A DNA stretch of 61,319 bases from positions 1 through 61,319 of IMG/VR virus record IMGVR_UViG_3300020045_016338, one strand, 5' to 3'. The translations under genes and the position numbers were made by a program. The notes under the pieces were generated by a model. The model was not told the origin of the DNA. It did not search any database and saw only the letters and a program-made list of their open reading frames with translations. The DNA is from a virus (Duplodnaviria > Caudoviricetes). Shown piece by piece: positions 46,318 through 55,557 of this stretch; within the stretch, counting starts at the first letter, position 1, and each line of letters opens with the position of its first letter.

Positions 46318-47547
46318 TTAATCCTTCAGGTTCAGCGTTACGCTTGGGGTTAAAACATCCATCCAGTCATCTTTAGCCTGTGGAAGATACTTGCGCCAGC
46401 GGTCATACTCTTTGTCACGCGGCTGCATCAGTATGTCCAATTCGTATTGGTAGTCCGATCCATCATCGAGCGATGTGCATGCACCGTTAAACGGACACAT
46501 ATATTGGCACGTGCGATCAGGATTCGGATATAGTGCGAGATTGGGATTCAACATCTCCTCGACCTCGAGAAGGATCTTAACGCCTTCTGCCTCACATTGA
46601 TGGGCATTACGGCGAGCTCTATCACGACGGACAAACTTATCGCTGTCCATATCTTCCTGTCCCACGAGATAATCAAGCATGTCACGATAGTCTGTGGGAG
46701 CCTTTTCAACAGAACCATAAATATTGGTCATCACACGACGTAACGAACGATGGGTAATCAGCTGGTCTTTCGCCTGCGATAGTCGTCCATTAGATAATAG
46801 TCGCGGTTCGTGCGGCAATTCTTTTCGATGCTGCTGGTATATAACACCGGTAATTGGGCGTCCATAAATGAGGTTTCCTGCCCAGCAGTATGAAGAGACT
46901 TGGGTATCATTGTCAAGATGGAGGGTCTGGATAGTTTTTGCGGATTTATATTCCACAATCCAAAGTTGTCCATGTTCGTCTTCGATAACTCGGTCCAACG
47001 TTCCGGAATAATCAACTCGATCGTACCCATACGCAGTTGCGTCAAAGGGTAACTCGACACGAAAGTTGACCTCTAATTGGGGGACGCCGTTGAAGACATA
47101 AGTCTTGAGAGGGTCGCGATTGCGCATCCAATCGTCAGTGTAATACGATAGCATGCCTGTGGCGAGTGTTGTAAGCTCGTCGATGTCCGCAGGGAGGCGG
47201 TTAACATCACGTCGGGCAGCTCGTTTAGTCGCCTCGACATAAATCTGGAAAGCTTCTGCAGCTGATCCCCACTTTTGAGCGCCGTGAAAATCTTCCAATG
47301 CAAAGTGAAAGCCTGTTCCCATCCACAACGGCGCGGGATTTTGCTTGACGCCAAGATTCCCACGAAGGTGAGAGCTCCATCCCCAGCGTCTCCGACATTT
47401 CCGATATGAGATTCGATCCGATGTACGGATAACAGCCACGCGAGGAGCATTATTTCCGATTTCAAAGTCTGCCGGGCGCGCATCAAATTCATACGCAGCA
47501 GGATTCCAGGTGTCGTTTGTTGAGTCATAAGTACTCATCCGCATCAA
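46318..47547 (-). CDS. PD-(D/E)XK exonuclease (Cas4/AddB-like)
   Basis: C.R.W, GTGFH.ALE, GTLD...IVEYKS, Q...Y, C...CPF...C. Confidence 0.8.
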   Translation of the reverse strand: MMRMSTYDSTNDTWNPAAYEFDARPADFEIGNNAPRVAVIRTSDRISYRKCRRRWGWSSHLRGNLGVKQNPAPLWMGTGFHFALEDFHGAQKWGSAAEAFQIYVEATKRAARRDVNRLPADIDELTTLATGMLSYYTDDWMRNRDPLKTYVFNGVPQLEVNFRVELPFDATAYGYDRVDYSGTLDRVIEDEHGQLWIVEYKSAKTIQTLHLDNDTQVSSYCWAGNLIYGRPITGVIYQQHRKELPHEPRLLSNGRLSQAKDQLITHRSLRRVMTNIYGSVEKAPTDYRDMLDYLVGQEDMDSDKFVRRDRARRNAHQCEAEGVKILLEVEEMLNPNLALYPNPDRTCQYMCPFNGACTSLDDGSDYQYELDILMQPRDKEYDRWRKYLPQAKDDWMDVLTPSVTLNLKD

Positions 47548-47635
47548 TTCCCATCAAAATCATTACTTATCAATATATATCAATTTAGAAAGTCCATCAA
47601 TGGGCTTTAAAAAGTCCCTTAATGCACTATAAATC

Positions 47636-48544
47636 TTAATCGCCGGACAGATCTTGGCCTTCGATGGTCATTCCTTTCGGCGCACAGCCTGGTTGGCGCA
47701 CTTCAAGAAATTCCATCTTATATCTTTTGACCATTGCCAAGCGAAGATGCGGTTGATATCGCGCTACAATCTTGGCCAACAACTCGTATGTAATGGCAAG
47801 ACCAAAACATCCGGTCAATTGATAGCGAGGGGCACGCCTCCAACGCTTTTGGGATTCAACATGGCGTTTCCACCAGTGGCTCCAGAGTTTCATCGGCTCT
47901 TCCCAGTTGGTATAGAAGACAGGAAAATCTTGATACTTACCGTCGATCTCTACCATCTGCATATGCCGCAGAGGAAACTGTCCTTCACAGCGAGCAAATT
48001 TCTCTTCAGGCGTCAATTCACGTTCGTACGTGGTAATTTCTTGATAGCCGGGGGGACATTTAGTATGCCAAGGACCTCGTAATACAGCTTTACGCCCATC
48101 TTTCATGGTAATAGGGAAGTGCCGACCGCCATATCCCTCGGATTGGCTCGTCGCCCATCGCTTTTCGGTCTCAGCGATGCGCACATTATAGTCAGGCGTC
48201 CCGTTAGCTTTCTTTCCCCACTCCAGAAACTTGGTTTCGTAGTCAATTTCCGACAATAAGTCGTTATGACTATGCCACTTCACTCGCCCCTCGCTCTCGG
48301 CGATGTAGAGTTTGCGCCCCTTATCATATTCGTAGAGCCACTCGCCATCGAATGCAGTGCCATCATGGAGTACATCAACGTCAGGCGGATTAGAATACTG
48401 CTCCATCCAGTCGATTCTGGCGTCGAGAACCCACTTGGGCAACTCGAAAGGCCATTCAGGCATTGGATATGGCGACCATTCCTGGTTCTGGGAGATGCCA
48501 TGTTGCACAATCATCGTTTGAGCAGCCGAGAGTCCATAGGTCAT
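47636..48544 (-). CDS. Hypothetical protein
   Basis: Likely start MTYGLS just after the upstream stop; GYGGR.F.I and L.GPW motifs. Confidence 0.6.
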   Translation of the reverse strand: MTYGLSAAQTMIVQHGISQNQEWSPYPMPEWPFELPKWVLDARIDWMEQYSNPPDVDVLHDGTAFDGEWLYEYDKGRKLYIAESEGRVKWHSHNDLLSEIDYETKFLEWGKKANGTPDYNVRIAETEKRWATSQSEGYGGRHFPITMKDGRKAVLRGPWHTKCPPGYQEITTYERELTPEEKFARCEGQFPLRHMQMVEIDGKYQDFPVFYTNWEEPMKLWSHWWKRHVESQKRWRRAPRYQLTGCFGLAITYELLAKIVARYQPHLRLAMVKRYKMEFLEVRQPGCAPKGMTIEGQDLSGD

Positions 48545-48545
48545 G

Positions 48546-48890
48546 TTAAATCTTCCAGTCTCTTGCATACCGGCAGTTGCTCGGTAGAGGTTCAAAGAAA
48601 GGCTTGATCTGTTCCTGCGAATATCCAGCAAGTCCACAACCAACAGGTGTGATAGCAAACAGCTTATCCGGATTGTTTTCAGCAAACCGTTTAAAGGTCA
48701 TGATATGCTGCTCAATTACATCTAAAGGTAACGACCGTAAATGTCGGTCCTTCGTAGGAATGGCATAACTATCCCCTTGAAGTCCTTGTCCTTGTCCATA
48801 AATGGCCCCACGTTTCTGTCTCGCATAGAGAGCGGCGCCTTTACCATGACGCCCTGCCAAATTGGACCCGAAGACGAAAACAATTCCCAT
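48546..48890 (-). CDS. A1S_2505-like, macrodomain-like protein
   Basis: VFVFGSNLAGRHGKGAA, SYAIPT, T.VGCGLAG. Confidence 0.75.
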   Translation of the reverse strand: MGIVFVFGSNLAGRHGKGAALYARQKRGAIYGQGQGLQGDSYAIPTKDRHLRSLPLDVIEQHIMTFKRFAENNPDKLFAITPVGCGLAGYSQEQIKPFFEPLPSNCRYARDWKI

Positions 48891-48891
48891 G

Positions 48892-49155
48892 TCAATCGAG
48901 TCCTGTTTCGGGGCGCGCCATTCTGACGAGCGTTGCCATCACTTCGAATGACTTCGCAAGTTCCTCACGCCGCTTGGCAGTTTTCGGCAGCCAGAATGTA
49001 ATACAGCTGCGATCATCGTCTTCCGGAGGATGATGCAACCGCTCACTCGAGTGTAACATGAACTGTACACCAGAATATATGAGCCCTGTGTTGGACACTT
49101 TCTCGATGGTGTGCAGTTCGTTAGCAATTTCCTGACTGTAGACGTTTACACGCAT
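48892..49155 (-). CDS. Hypothetical protein
   Basis: GAGGA RBS before MRVNVYSQE. Confidence 0.65.
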   Translation of the reverse strand: MRVNVYSQEIANELHTIEKVSNTGLIYSGVQFMLHSSERLHHPPEDDDRSCITFWLPKTAKRREELAKSFEVMATLVRMARPETGLD

Positions 49156-49277
49156 TTTGGGATCCTCGATTTGACCTCTTGGGCCTGTTTCTAATCCTGT
49201 ACAAAAAATCCTACCTGATTTTAATAGGACATCCAACCCCCAAACCGAGCTTCAAACGATCGGTACTTGCGGGAACA

Positions 49278-49661
49278 TTAAAGCTCTCGGCGAATTACGT
49301 CTACAGCCTTCTTGGCAAGCTTTTTGCTCATGGTCTCGACGGAATCATTGTATGAAACCACATCTCCTAAGACAACCACAAAGTCCTCGGCGATAAGCTG
49401 TTCCAAAGCATCGAACTGCACGCTTTTCGTCTTGTCAAGGTATTCGACGGTGGAACGTTCGACAAACCAGTTGTTCAAGATAAACCGAATGTATGCCCAT
49501 CTCCCAAAAAAATAGACAACACCACAGAGCGCTACGACGGCCAAAGAAGATATGTATTCCTGCGGTGAATTCATTGCCGTAATAAGCACTACGCCAATAT
49601 ACAGCGGAATATCGAAAGCAGCCCATTGTGCCTTGGACTTAACCCATTCCATGATCTTCAT
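49278..49661 (-). CDS. Two-TM membrane protein
   Basis: Two hydrophobic N-terminal segments; ATGA coupling. Confidence 0.65.
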   Translation of the reverse strand: MKIMEWVKSKAQWAAFDIPLYIGVVLITAMNSPQEYISSLAVVALCGVVYFFGRWAYIRFILNNWFVERSTVEYLDKTKSVQFDALEQLIAEDFVVVLGDVVSYNDSVETMSKKLAKKAVDVIRREL

Positions 49662-51091
49662 TGGTTAATCTCCTGGGTGTTATCTTTGTGCGATCCAATC
49701 GTCACAGAGATGAACTTGTTTTTGATGTTCATTGTTTCCGCCAGCGTTTCATCATAAGTATCACGGTAGCAATAGTAGTTGGCAAGTATCGGGTTCACAC
49801 CTTCTTGCGGAAGCAACCGATCCTCGGCCTGTTTGTTTTCGTTGGGATCCCATGAGTACCCGATAAAATGGGATTCGGTTGCCGGTTCAAGCGAAAACGC
49901 TTGGGCATACTTAATTGTACAGATAATGATGCCTTTGGTGTGTCTGAACGCCTTAATTCGCGCATTCAACTCTTCGGGCTCTAAACCACCTTGCAATAAC
50001 TGCACCGATGACGGTTCAAAACCTGCTTCAATCAAGCGCTGGCGATAAAATGGAAGAGCCTTTGCAAATTCGGTGAATACGACAGTATGTCTGTCTTCAG
50101 GGGTAACATCGTCATCTGTCAGCCGTTCGACTAGGTGTTCAAATGCTTCACCGACGCCAAGAGATGGATCCAACATGGCGGGGCAGGCCATAATTTGTCG
50201 GAAACGTAGAGTCGCCTCGAGCGAGTTCGCTGCAACGATAAGCGTCTCCCCTGACCATGCAAATCCTGACTCAAGTAAGCTATCATACAAGCGAATCTGC
50301 TGCTTATTAAGGTCGACCTTGACAAGCGCTCGTTGAATGCGTGGTATGTTCGGAGCTTCAATATGCCGGAATCGCCTTCTAGAGTAGCGATCAAGTACTG
50401 TATACCATCCTGGAAGGTCACGCGGTCCAATAATTTCCTTACCAAATGTGCCATCAATGATCTCCATGAAGCGACTAGCAAACTGCCAATAGGATGTGAA
50501 TACTCTAGGAGCTATTACATTCAGGTTTGCCCAGAAGTCTAAGGGACCACCTTTACTTGCCATAGTTCCACTTAATGCATGATATCGATGACACCATGGC
50601 ATATTAACAAACTGCTTGATTGCTGCGACGGTTCCATTCTTCCGGTTCTTCATCCGAATATGCACTTCGTCGGCAATAACAGTGTCAAACTTTAGACCGC
50701 TTTTAAGTGTGGACGGCAACCACAGGAGAGGACTGTCATTCTGCATAACAGCGTAAGTACAAATATAAATGGTAATTGCGGCCGTTCTTGGCTTCAGCCA
50801 AAGCGCTTTGCGTTGTTCTTTGGCTTTTCCGCCATTCCCTCGTACCAACCGAATCTCAAATGTTCGATTGGTCTGGCCAGGAAAGATTTCTTCAATATGT
50901 TGGAGCCATACTCCCATGGCGTTCTTAGAACAGACGATCAACACGCATGTCGTCTTTTCATCTTTTGCCATGACAACACTCGAAACGACGGTTTTACCCA
51001 TTCGCGGATCATATAGCATGAAAGACTTGGGGTTAGCCAAGAACCATGGTATATCATCGATTTGGTACCGTCGATTCGAGTCAAATGACAT
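49658..51091 (-). CDS. SF2 (SNF2-like) helicase
   Basis: RMGKT, DEVH, LSGT, QAEDRL. Confidence 0.85.
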   Translation of the reverse strand: MSFDSNRRYQIDDIPWFLANPKSFMLYDPRMGKTVVSSVVMAKDEKTTCVLIVCSKNAMGVWLQHIEEIFPGQTNRTFEIRLVRGNGGKAKEQRKALWLKPRTAAITIYICTYAVMQNDSPLLWLPSTLKSGLKFDTVIADEVHIRMKNRKNGTVAAIKQFVNMPWCHRYHALSGTMASKGGPLDFWANLNVIAPRVFTSYWQFASRFMEIIDGTFGKEIIGPRDLPGWYTVLDRYSRRRFRHIEAPNIPRIQRALVKVDLNKQQIRLYDSLLESGFAWSGETLIVAANSLEATLRFRQIMACPAMLDPSLGVGEAFEHLVERLTDDDVTPEDRHTVVFTEFAKALPFYRQRLIEAGFEPSSVQLLQGGLEPEELNARIKAFRHTKGIIICTIKYAQAFSLEPATESHFIGYSWDPNENKQAEDRLLPQEGVNPILANYYCYRDTYDETLAETMNIKNKFISVTIGSHKDNTQEINQ

Positions 51092-51429
51092 TAGTGACGT
51101 TCTTTCGTTGGGATCGCAGGTTCTTCACGCTTCGCATAGCGATCGTTGTGAATGATCGTCGCCACGCGCCCATCTTCTTCGACACGAAAGTTGTACAGCT
51201 CTTCCTGCAATATCCGCAGATCACGCCATAGCCGTTGAATCGCACATTTGCCATCGTATGTAACAGATGGCGCCATTTCCATTGAACGTAGTGCTGATTC
51301 AATCAGTTTGGATGACCCATAAAGAGCATTATGCTTGCACAGATATACCTTACGCTCATGGACTGCTTGCGCTTTTGGTCCCATAACAGGAAGTCCTCCC
51401 CTTAATCTTTGCCGCGGGAACGTCATCAC
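51091..51429 (-). CDS. Hypothetical protein
   Basis: Coupled to both neighbours. Confidence 0.55.
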   Translation of the reverse strand: MMTFPRQRLRGGLPVMGPKAQAVHERKVYLCKHNALYGSSKLIESALRSMEMAPSVTYDGKCAIQRLWRDLRILQEELYNFRVEEDGRVATIIHNDRYAKREEPAIPTKERH

Positions 51430-51737
51430 GCATTTTCCTGCATGAGCTGCAAAAGCTTTTCTTTGCGCTGTTTCACTTCCTCACGTTCGGCAGTGATCCT
51501 GTCGATCATGAGCTGACGCGATGCCAGCTTCTTTTCACGACGAACTCCTGGAGCATTCTTCCGCAGCTTCGGCTGTGTCGGATAGTGTGCATGCGGAGCC
51601 CGAAACTGCAAACCGTTCGTAATGTTTTGATACGGCATATTCGGAACGATGATCTCGTTGTCGCGCGGCTGGGCACCCATGAGATAGAACGAATAGGTAA
51701 GCTGCTGGGCGATGTTGGCCTTGGTCTTGGTACGCAT
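51426..51737 (-). CDS. Hypothetical basic protein
   Basis: AAAGGT RBS; coupled. Confidence 0.55.
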   Translation of the reverse strand: MRTKTKANIAQQLTYSFYLMGAQPRDNEIIVPNMPYQNITNGLQFRAPHAHYPTQPKLRKNAPGVRREKKLASRQLMIDRITAEREEVKQRKEKLLQLMQENA

Positions 51738-51738
51738 G

Positions 51739-52113
51739 TTAGATACCTTTCCTTTTGTTAATGAAGCCGATCAGAGCTTCAAGTTTACCGAAGTGAGTTT
51801 TGTTCTCGTACCGCCACCTTCTTGATGACGGCCAGAAGTCGAGTAGTCCTTTAGGAAGAACTGCCTGATAGTGGTATTCTGTACAGACGCGAAATTTGAT
51901 ATCGGTGCGTTCTTCTAGCAGCCGTAGACCGCCTTGCTCCCATTGAGAGAAGCGTTCCTGCTTGCGCCGTTTCTTGTCTTCGTTCCACGCGTGATAGAAC
52001 TCCGATGAGCCCTCTTCAGCATCTGTTTCGAGGACATGCACAATATACTGAGGCTTCGGAGGATTCTTCGCCAAGTAGTTCTGGCGTGAACGTTCTCTGT
52101 CGGCTTTACTCAT
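51739..52113 (-). CDS. Hypothetical protein
   Basis: ATGA coupling; DFWPSS.RW motif. Confidence 0.6.
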   Translation of the reverse strand: MSKADRERSRQNYLAKNPPKPQYIVHVLETDAEEGSSEFYHAWNEDKKRRKQERFSQWEQGGLRLLEERTDIKFRVCTEYHYQAVLPKGLLDFWPSSRRWRYENKTHFGKLEALIGFINKRKGI

Positions 52114-52397
52114 GCGAGTTCCCCTTCGTCCTGGAAAGGTGGAGGAGACCACTTCTGCTTGTCGAAATGATATGTCCACCGTTTACCGACTAGCTGCTGC
52201 TGACAAAAGAGTCTGACCATATCCCGATGGCGGCAAGATGTTCTACCACCTGCAGGGCAACTACAAATATACAAACCCATGCCAATCTCTGAAACATGGT
52301 GTGTTCCCTCAAGATTGAGGTCCTCATCGAACTTTTGGACTTCGAAGTAGGTTGGACCACTTCCTTGATTGACTGTGTAGACATTTGCCTTACCCAT
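52110..52397 (-). CDS. SWIM-type zinc-finger protein
   Basis: CSCPAGGRTSCRH; start MGKAN after AAGGTG. Confidence 0.6.
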   Translation of the reverse strand: MGKANVYTVNQGSGPTYFEVQKFDEDLNLEGTHHVSEIGMGLYICSCPAGGRTSCRHRDMVRLFCQQQLVGKRWTYHFDKQKWSPPPFQDEGELA

Positions 52398-52464
52398 AAT
52401 GTTCACCTTGTGTAAACGTAACCCACTGTAGGGCCATAGTACTAAACCTACTGCACTCACATAA

Positions 52465-52740
52465 AAGACGGAGTGGGCAAGAGATGCGACCAGCGCCAAT
52501 ACCCACTCCAACTAGCCTTCCCACCTGTTCGTGAGCTACGCGCACTCGGGGGCCTAATACCACAGAATCAGATTGCCGTAGAAGACCCTGCTCTACACCG
52601 GTTCAAGGTATTTTTACGACTCCATCCCTCAACGTAGTCTGCTGGCTAGTATTCAAGAAAAGGCGGGAGGATTCTACAACCGGGGACAAATTGGAATCCT
52701 CCCTATCTAGCCGCCCAAAGGGGAGGATGGCGACTAGATG
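52465..52740 (-). ncRNA. Candidate structured RNA(s)
   Basis: Two hairpins with UCCCC loops, an about 135-nt closed domain and a terminal hairpin with U-tail. Confidence 0.4.
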
Positions 52741-52752
52741 TTCAAAGACGCA

Positions 52753-53892
52753 TTACTGCGAAGCTGAATCGCTGCCGTCGGCGATATCACCGCTCTTGCC
52801 AGAGCTGATGCCCTTGAGCTGATCGAGAAGCGCGCCGATTGCGGGATTCTTCGCAGCCAGAGCTTCATAGTCGATCATCTTACGGGCACGTTCGACTTCG
52901 GCATCGAGCTGCTGCTTGAGGGAAGAAGCCTTCTTGAGGCGGTCCATCAGAGCATCATAGCTCTTCGTATCGATCGTATCGACAATGAACTTGGTAGCTT
53001 TGGAGCTACGGCCTGCGACAGCACTGATCACGCGAACGATCACGAGCCCGTTGCTGGGTGAATCGACCACGACGAGATCGCCTTCCTTGTGCGAATCCAT
53101 CGTGCTCAAGTAGTCATAGCTCTGCATCGAGCCTGCGAATCGCACAGATACCGTGAAAATATTACCGATGAGGGATAGAACGTCCATGTTAAGGTCCTTT
53201 TTCTTTAGGGAGGGTATTTTCATGTTCATGCTCATGCCTGCGAAGCCGATAAGATATTGCTTAATCTTCTTAGCATCCCAGGTAGGATCTTCAGGAGCCG
53301 ACGGATCATCACAGATGATGAGTTCCGAGCAACGATATTTAGCCTTGAGCCTTTGATTCATACCACCTGCATTTGCATATGACGGAATGTCCACATACCC
53401 ATCAAGGTGAGATGTCTCTCCGTAATATCGGCTGAAGTACTGCGGGCCCTCAAGATATGTTTGAACACAGAACAACGTGTTCAGTCGGCGCCGATAGAAC
53501 TCAGGATGCTCTTTGGCCTCGACTTCACCAAGATGTACCCAGCACTCTGGATCCAGAATCTTGGCAAGCGCAATCCAGGTCTCCCGATAGGGATTCTGTC
53601 TTTCAGACAACTCGTACCATTCACGATACGTCTTGCGGAAGCCGCCGGCGCGCTTGATTTCCAACGGTGACGGATTCGGCCAAGAATAATCAGCTTTCTC
53701 GCCGCTGAACATCATGCGATTGACTATGTGGTCTGTGTATTCGCTCATTGGGTTGTCCACCTTGAAAGCCATTTTGACGGTTGCACCATCTTTAGACACA
53801 GTACAAGAATCGATGGTACAGTTATATATTCCGGGAGGAAACATCTCCTCCGCAGGTTTAGCTGGTACGATATGCGCCAATCGCCGAACCAT
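52753..53892 (-). CDS. Multi-domain hypothetical protein (internal starts at 53748 and 53187)
   Basis: Open frame; C-terminal domain with YDY...GDLVVVDSP motif and its own RBS; true start uncertain. Confidence 0.55.
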   Translation of the reverse strand: MVRRLAHIVPAKPAEEMFPPGIYNCTIDSCTVSKDGATVKMAFKVDNPMSEYTDHIVNRMMFSGEKADYSWPNPSPLEIKRAGGFRKTYREWYELSERQNPYRETWIALAKILDPECWVHLGEVEAKEHPEFYRRRLNTLFCVQTYLEGPQYFSRYYGETSHLDGYVDIPSYANAGGMNQRLKAKYRCSELIICDDPSAPEDPTWDAKKIKQYLIGFAGMSMNMKIPSLKKKDLNMDVLSLIGNIFTVSVRFAGSMQSYDYLSTMDSHKEGDLVVVDSPSNGLVIVRVISAVAGRSSKATKFIVDTIDTKSYDALMDRLKKASSLKQQLDAEVERARKMIDYEALAAKNPAIGALLDQLKGISSGKSGDIADGSDSASQ

Positions 53893-54049
53893 TCGCGGAC
53901 TGATTACGCCGAAGCTCTCGATCTTCATCGCGCCATCCGTCTCGCCAAGAAATCCAGGAGTCAGATTTCGGGTTGTTGGGATTGTCATCAATCTTTCCTC
54001 CTTGGGCACGCCACTGACGCCCCGATTCGTAATCACCAAGTCCGGCCAT
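53858..54049 (-). CDS. Rmf/CrpP-fold-like small protein
   Basis: AAGGAG RBS, TGATG coupling; G....A.G....NP......W..W.DGW pattern. Confidence 0.5.
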   Translation of the reverse strand: MAGLGDYESGRQWRAQGGKIDDNPNNPKSDSWISWRDGWRDEDRELRRNQSANGSAIGAYRTS

Positions 54050-54453
54050 CAGCTTTTCTCCTTGCCGAAGATGCGATCGAACTGCTCCGCAAACTTCTGG
54101 TCGCCATTGTACAACTGCATCATGATTTCGTCCTGCGCAAGTTGCGTCAATTCGCATTCGTGTACAATGCTACTAAAAGAATTCACCGCATAGCTAACGG
54201 TAGATTCCTTAATAAGACCATTGCGTAACAAACACGCATAGATCCCTTCGTTCTCAGAATAGTCTTTAACGAAGATGTGCCCATCGCGAGGCTTGATGCC
54301 GAAATCCCAAAGACAGACGGTTACTACCATTGCTGGCGCACGCGTCTCGGCGAGATCCAAAGTAAGAGCAAGGCTGTTGTCGGCTGCGTATTTACCGAAG
54401 CGCAGTACAACTTTATCTCCCTTGCCCCACTTGGTATTCAGTTCCATCAACAT
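54049..54453 (-). CDS. DUF4313-like protein
   Basis: Y...SLAL.L, TV.L, F.KDYSENEG. Confidence 0.6.
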   Translation of the reverse strand: MLMELNTKWGKGDKVVLRFGKYAADNSLALTLDLAETRAPAMVVTVCLWDFGIKPRDGHIFVKDYSENEGIYACLLRNGLIKESTVSYAVNSFSSIVHECELTQLAQDEIMMQLYNGDQKFAEQFDRIFGKEKS

Positions 54454-54489
54454 AGCAATCCCATTGCGGTTAATTCATCTTACAAATAT

Positions 54490-54534
54490 AATATACAAAC
54501 TTTCACAAAATTCCTCAAGAGGCAAAATGATGGT
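54490..54534 (-). promoter_or_regulatory. Extended phage promoter
   Basis: ACCATCATTTTGCCTC-TTGAGG-17-TATATT. Confidence 0.75.
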
Positions 54535-54561
54535 CGCCATAAACTTTTATTTACCTGTTAA

Positions 54562-55101
54562 TCACGAAGGCTTTCGCTGATTAGCACGTTGCTGTTTTGC
54601 AGTGGCCCAACGAAGTTGTCGGGTAACTCCATCTGCTTGGTAAGGCTGGTAACCAAGGTCGTTATCAATTCGATCAATGCTATACTCTGGCCCTGGCCGC
54701 GGACCGATATATTCGAGGAAAGCTCGAAAGCCGTCTTCACCTCGATCTTTATGCCACTCAGCGCAAACTCCAATGCCACGACCACCGTAATGTTTGTAGG
54801 CTTCATGCCTCGGATCCTCACAGCGAACATGCATCATATTCCAGATGCGATAATGCTCGAAATAAATGGTCTTGATGGTTTTGTCTTTACATCCGCAATG
54901 TTGCTTGGGACCAACTTTTCTGGTCAGATAATATGCGGGTATTGTCATACGCTTACCGCATGAACATTCCACACGCCACCGCAACTTGAGATTGACGGAC
55001 TTTGTCTTGGTATCGTCAGCAACTCGCTGGATCAATTCCAACTCACCAAACTTATCCCCTGCTACAAGTTTGTGCTTCCGCGGCTTAACTGCGATTACCA
55101 T
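54562..55101 (-). CDS. Free-standing HNH-type homing endonuclease
   Basis: C.CG, CGC, W..M..RC, YGGRGI.VC.EW, SIDRIDND, RWAT..Q..N. Confidence 0.85.
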   Translation of the reverse strand: MVIAVKPRKHKLVAGDKFGELELIQRVADDTKTKSVNLKLRWRVECSCGKRMTIPAYYLTRKVGPKQHCGCKDKTIKTIYFEHYRIWNMMHVRCEDPRHEAYKHYGGRGIGVCAEWHKDRGEDGFRAFLEYIGPRPGPEYSIDRIDNDLGYQPYQADGVTRQLRWATAKQQRANQRKPS

Positions 55102-55333
55102 AAATTTAAGTCCTTATGAACAGGGGAAGGAAGAAAAGAAAAAGAGGCCGAAGTATCACTCCGATTAAGCCTTAAACCTAGGCACCTTAGTTTACCACTA
55201 CCACGTGGATTCGAATTGGTGTCGCTGAGCCTACACGACGTCTATGTAACCTATGTTCCTGGACAAGCCTAAGCTTATGTCTTGAACAAGCGCCTGGCTC
55301 TTGGACGCCTCCTTGGTTACACAGGTAACTAAA

Positions 55334-55546
55334 TCAGCACCATCGATACTGACATTCCGTCGACAAGACGTAACGGCCGTCATTGAGCTTGATGATCATC
55401 TTTCCTGGCTCTTCGACGTCTTCGCGAACGATGCGTCCGAGGATAGTTTCCGAGGTGTCGTAATTGAAACACACTCGTACAACGCATCCGACTCGATCGC
55501 TCTGCTTCGGAAACTTGTTGAAGCCAACATTGTCATGTACGCCCAT
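55334..55546 (-). CDS. Hypothetical protein
   Basis: GGGAGG RBS; FPKQ...V.VCF.YD...GR.VL.TECQY. Confidence 0.65.
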   Translation of the reverse strand: MGVHDNVGFNKFPKQSDRVGCVVRVCFNYDTSETILGRIVREDVEEPGKMIIKLNDGRYVLSTECQYRWC

Positions 55547-55557
55547 ACTAACCTCCC

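Noticed and set aside
9182-46376. Long antisense ORFs (9182-10075, 10793-11596, 43592-44449, 45408-46376)
   Set aside because: Shadows of codon-biased genes on the other strand; no recognisable motifs
46318-47547. CRISPR-Cas system suggested by the Cas4-like nuclease
   Set aside because: No repeat-spacer array or other cas genes; context is a Sak4/SSB recombination module
52555-52610. Short matches to E. coli 6S RNA (ATACCACA.GAAT, GGTTCAAGG)
   Set aside because: Short, wrongly spaced and without a 6S rod-and-bubble fold; probably chance
54562-55101. Group I intron around the HNH gene
   Set aside because: No interrupted host gene, and the flanking ORFs look complete
55195-55270. TTCGAATCC T-loop-like motif suggesting a tRNA
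   Set aside because: No T-stem, acceptor stem or cloverleaf could be built on either strand
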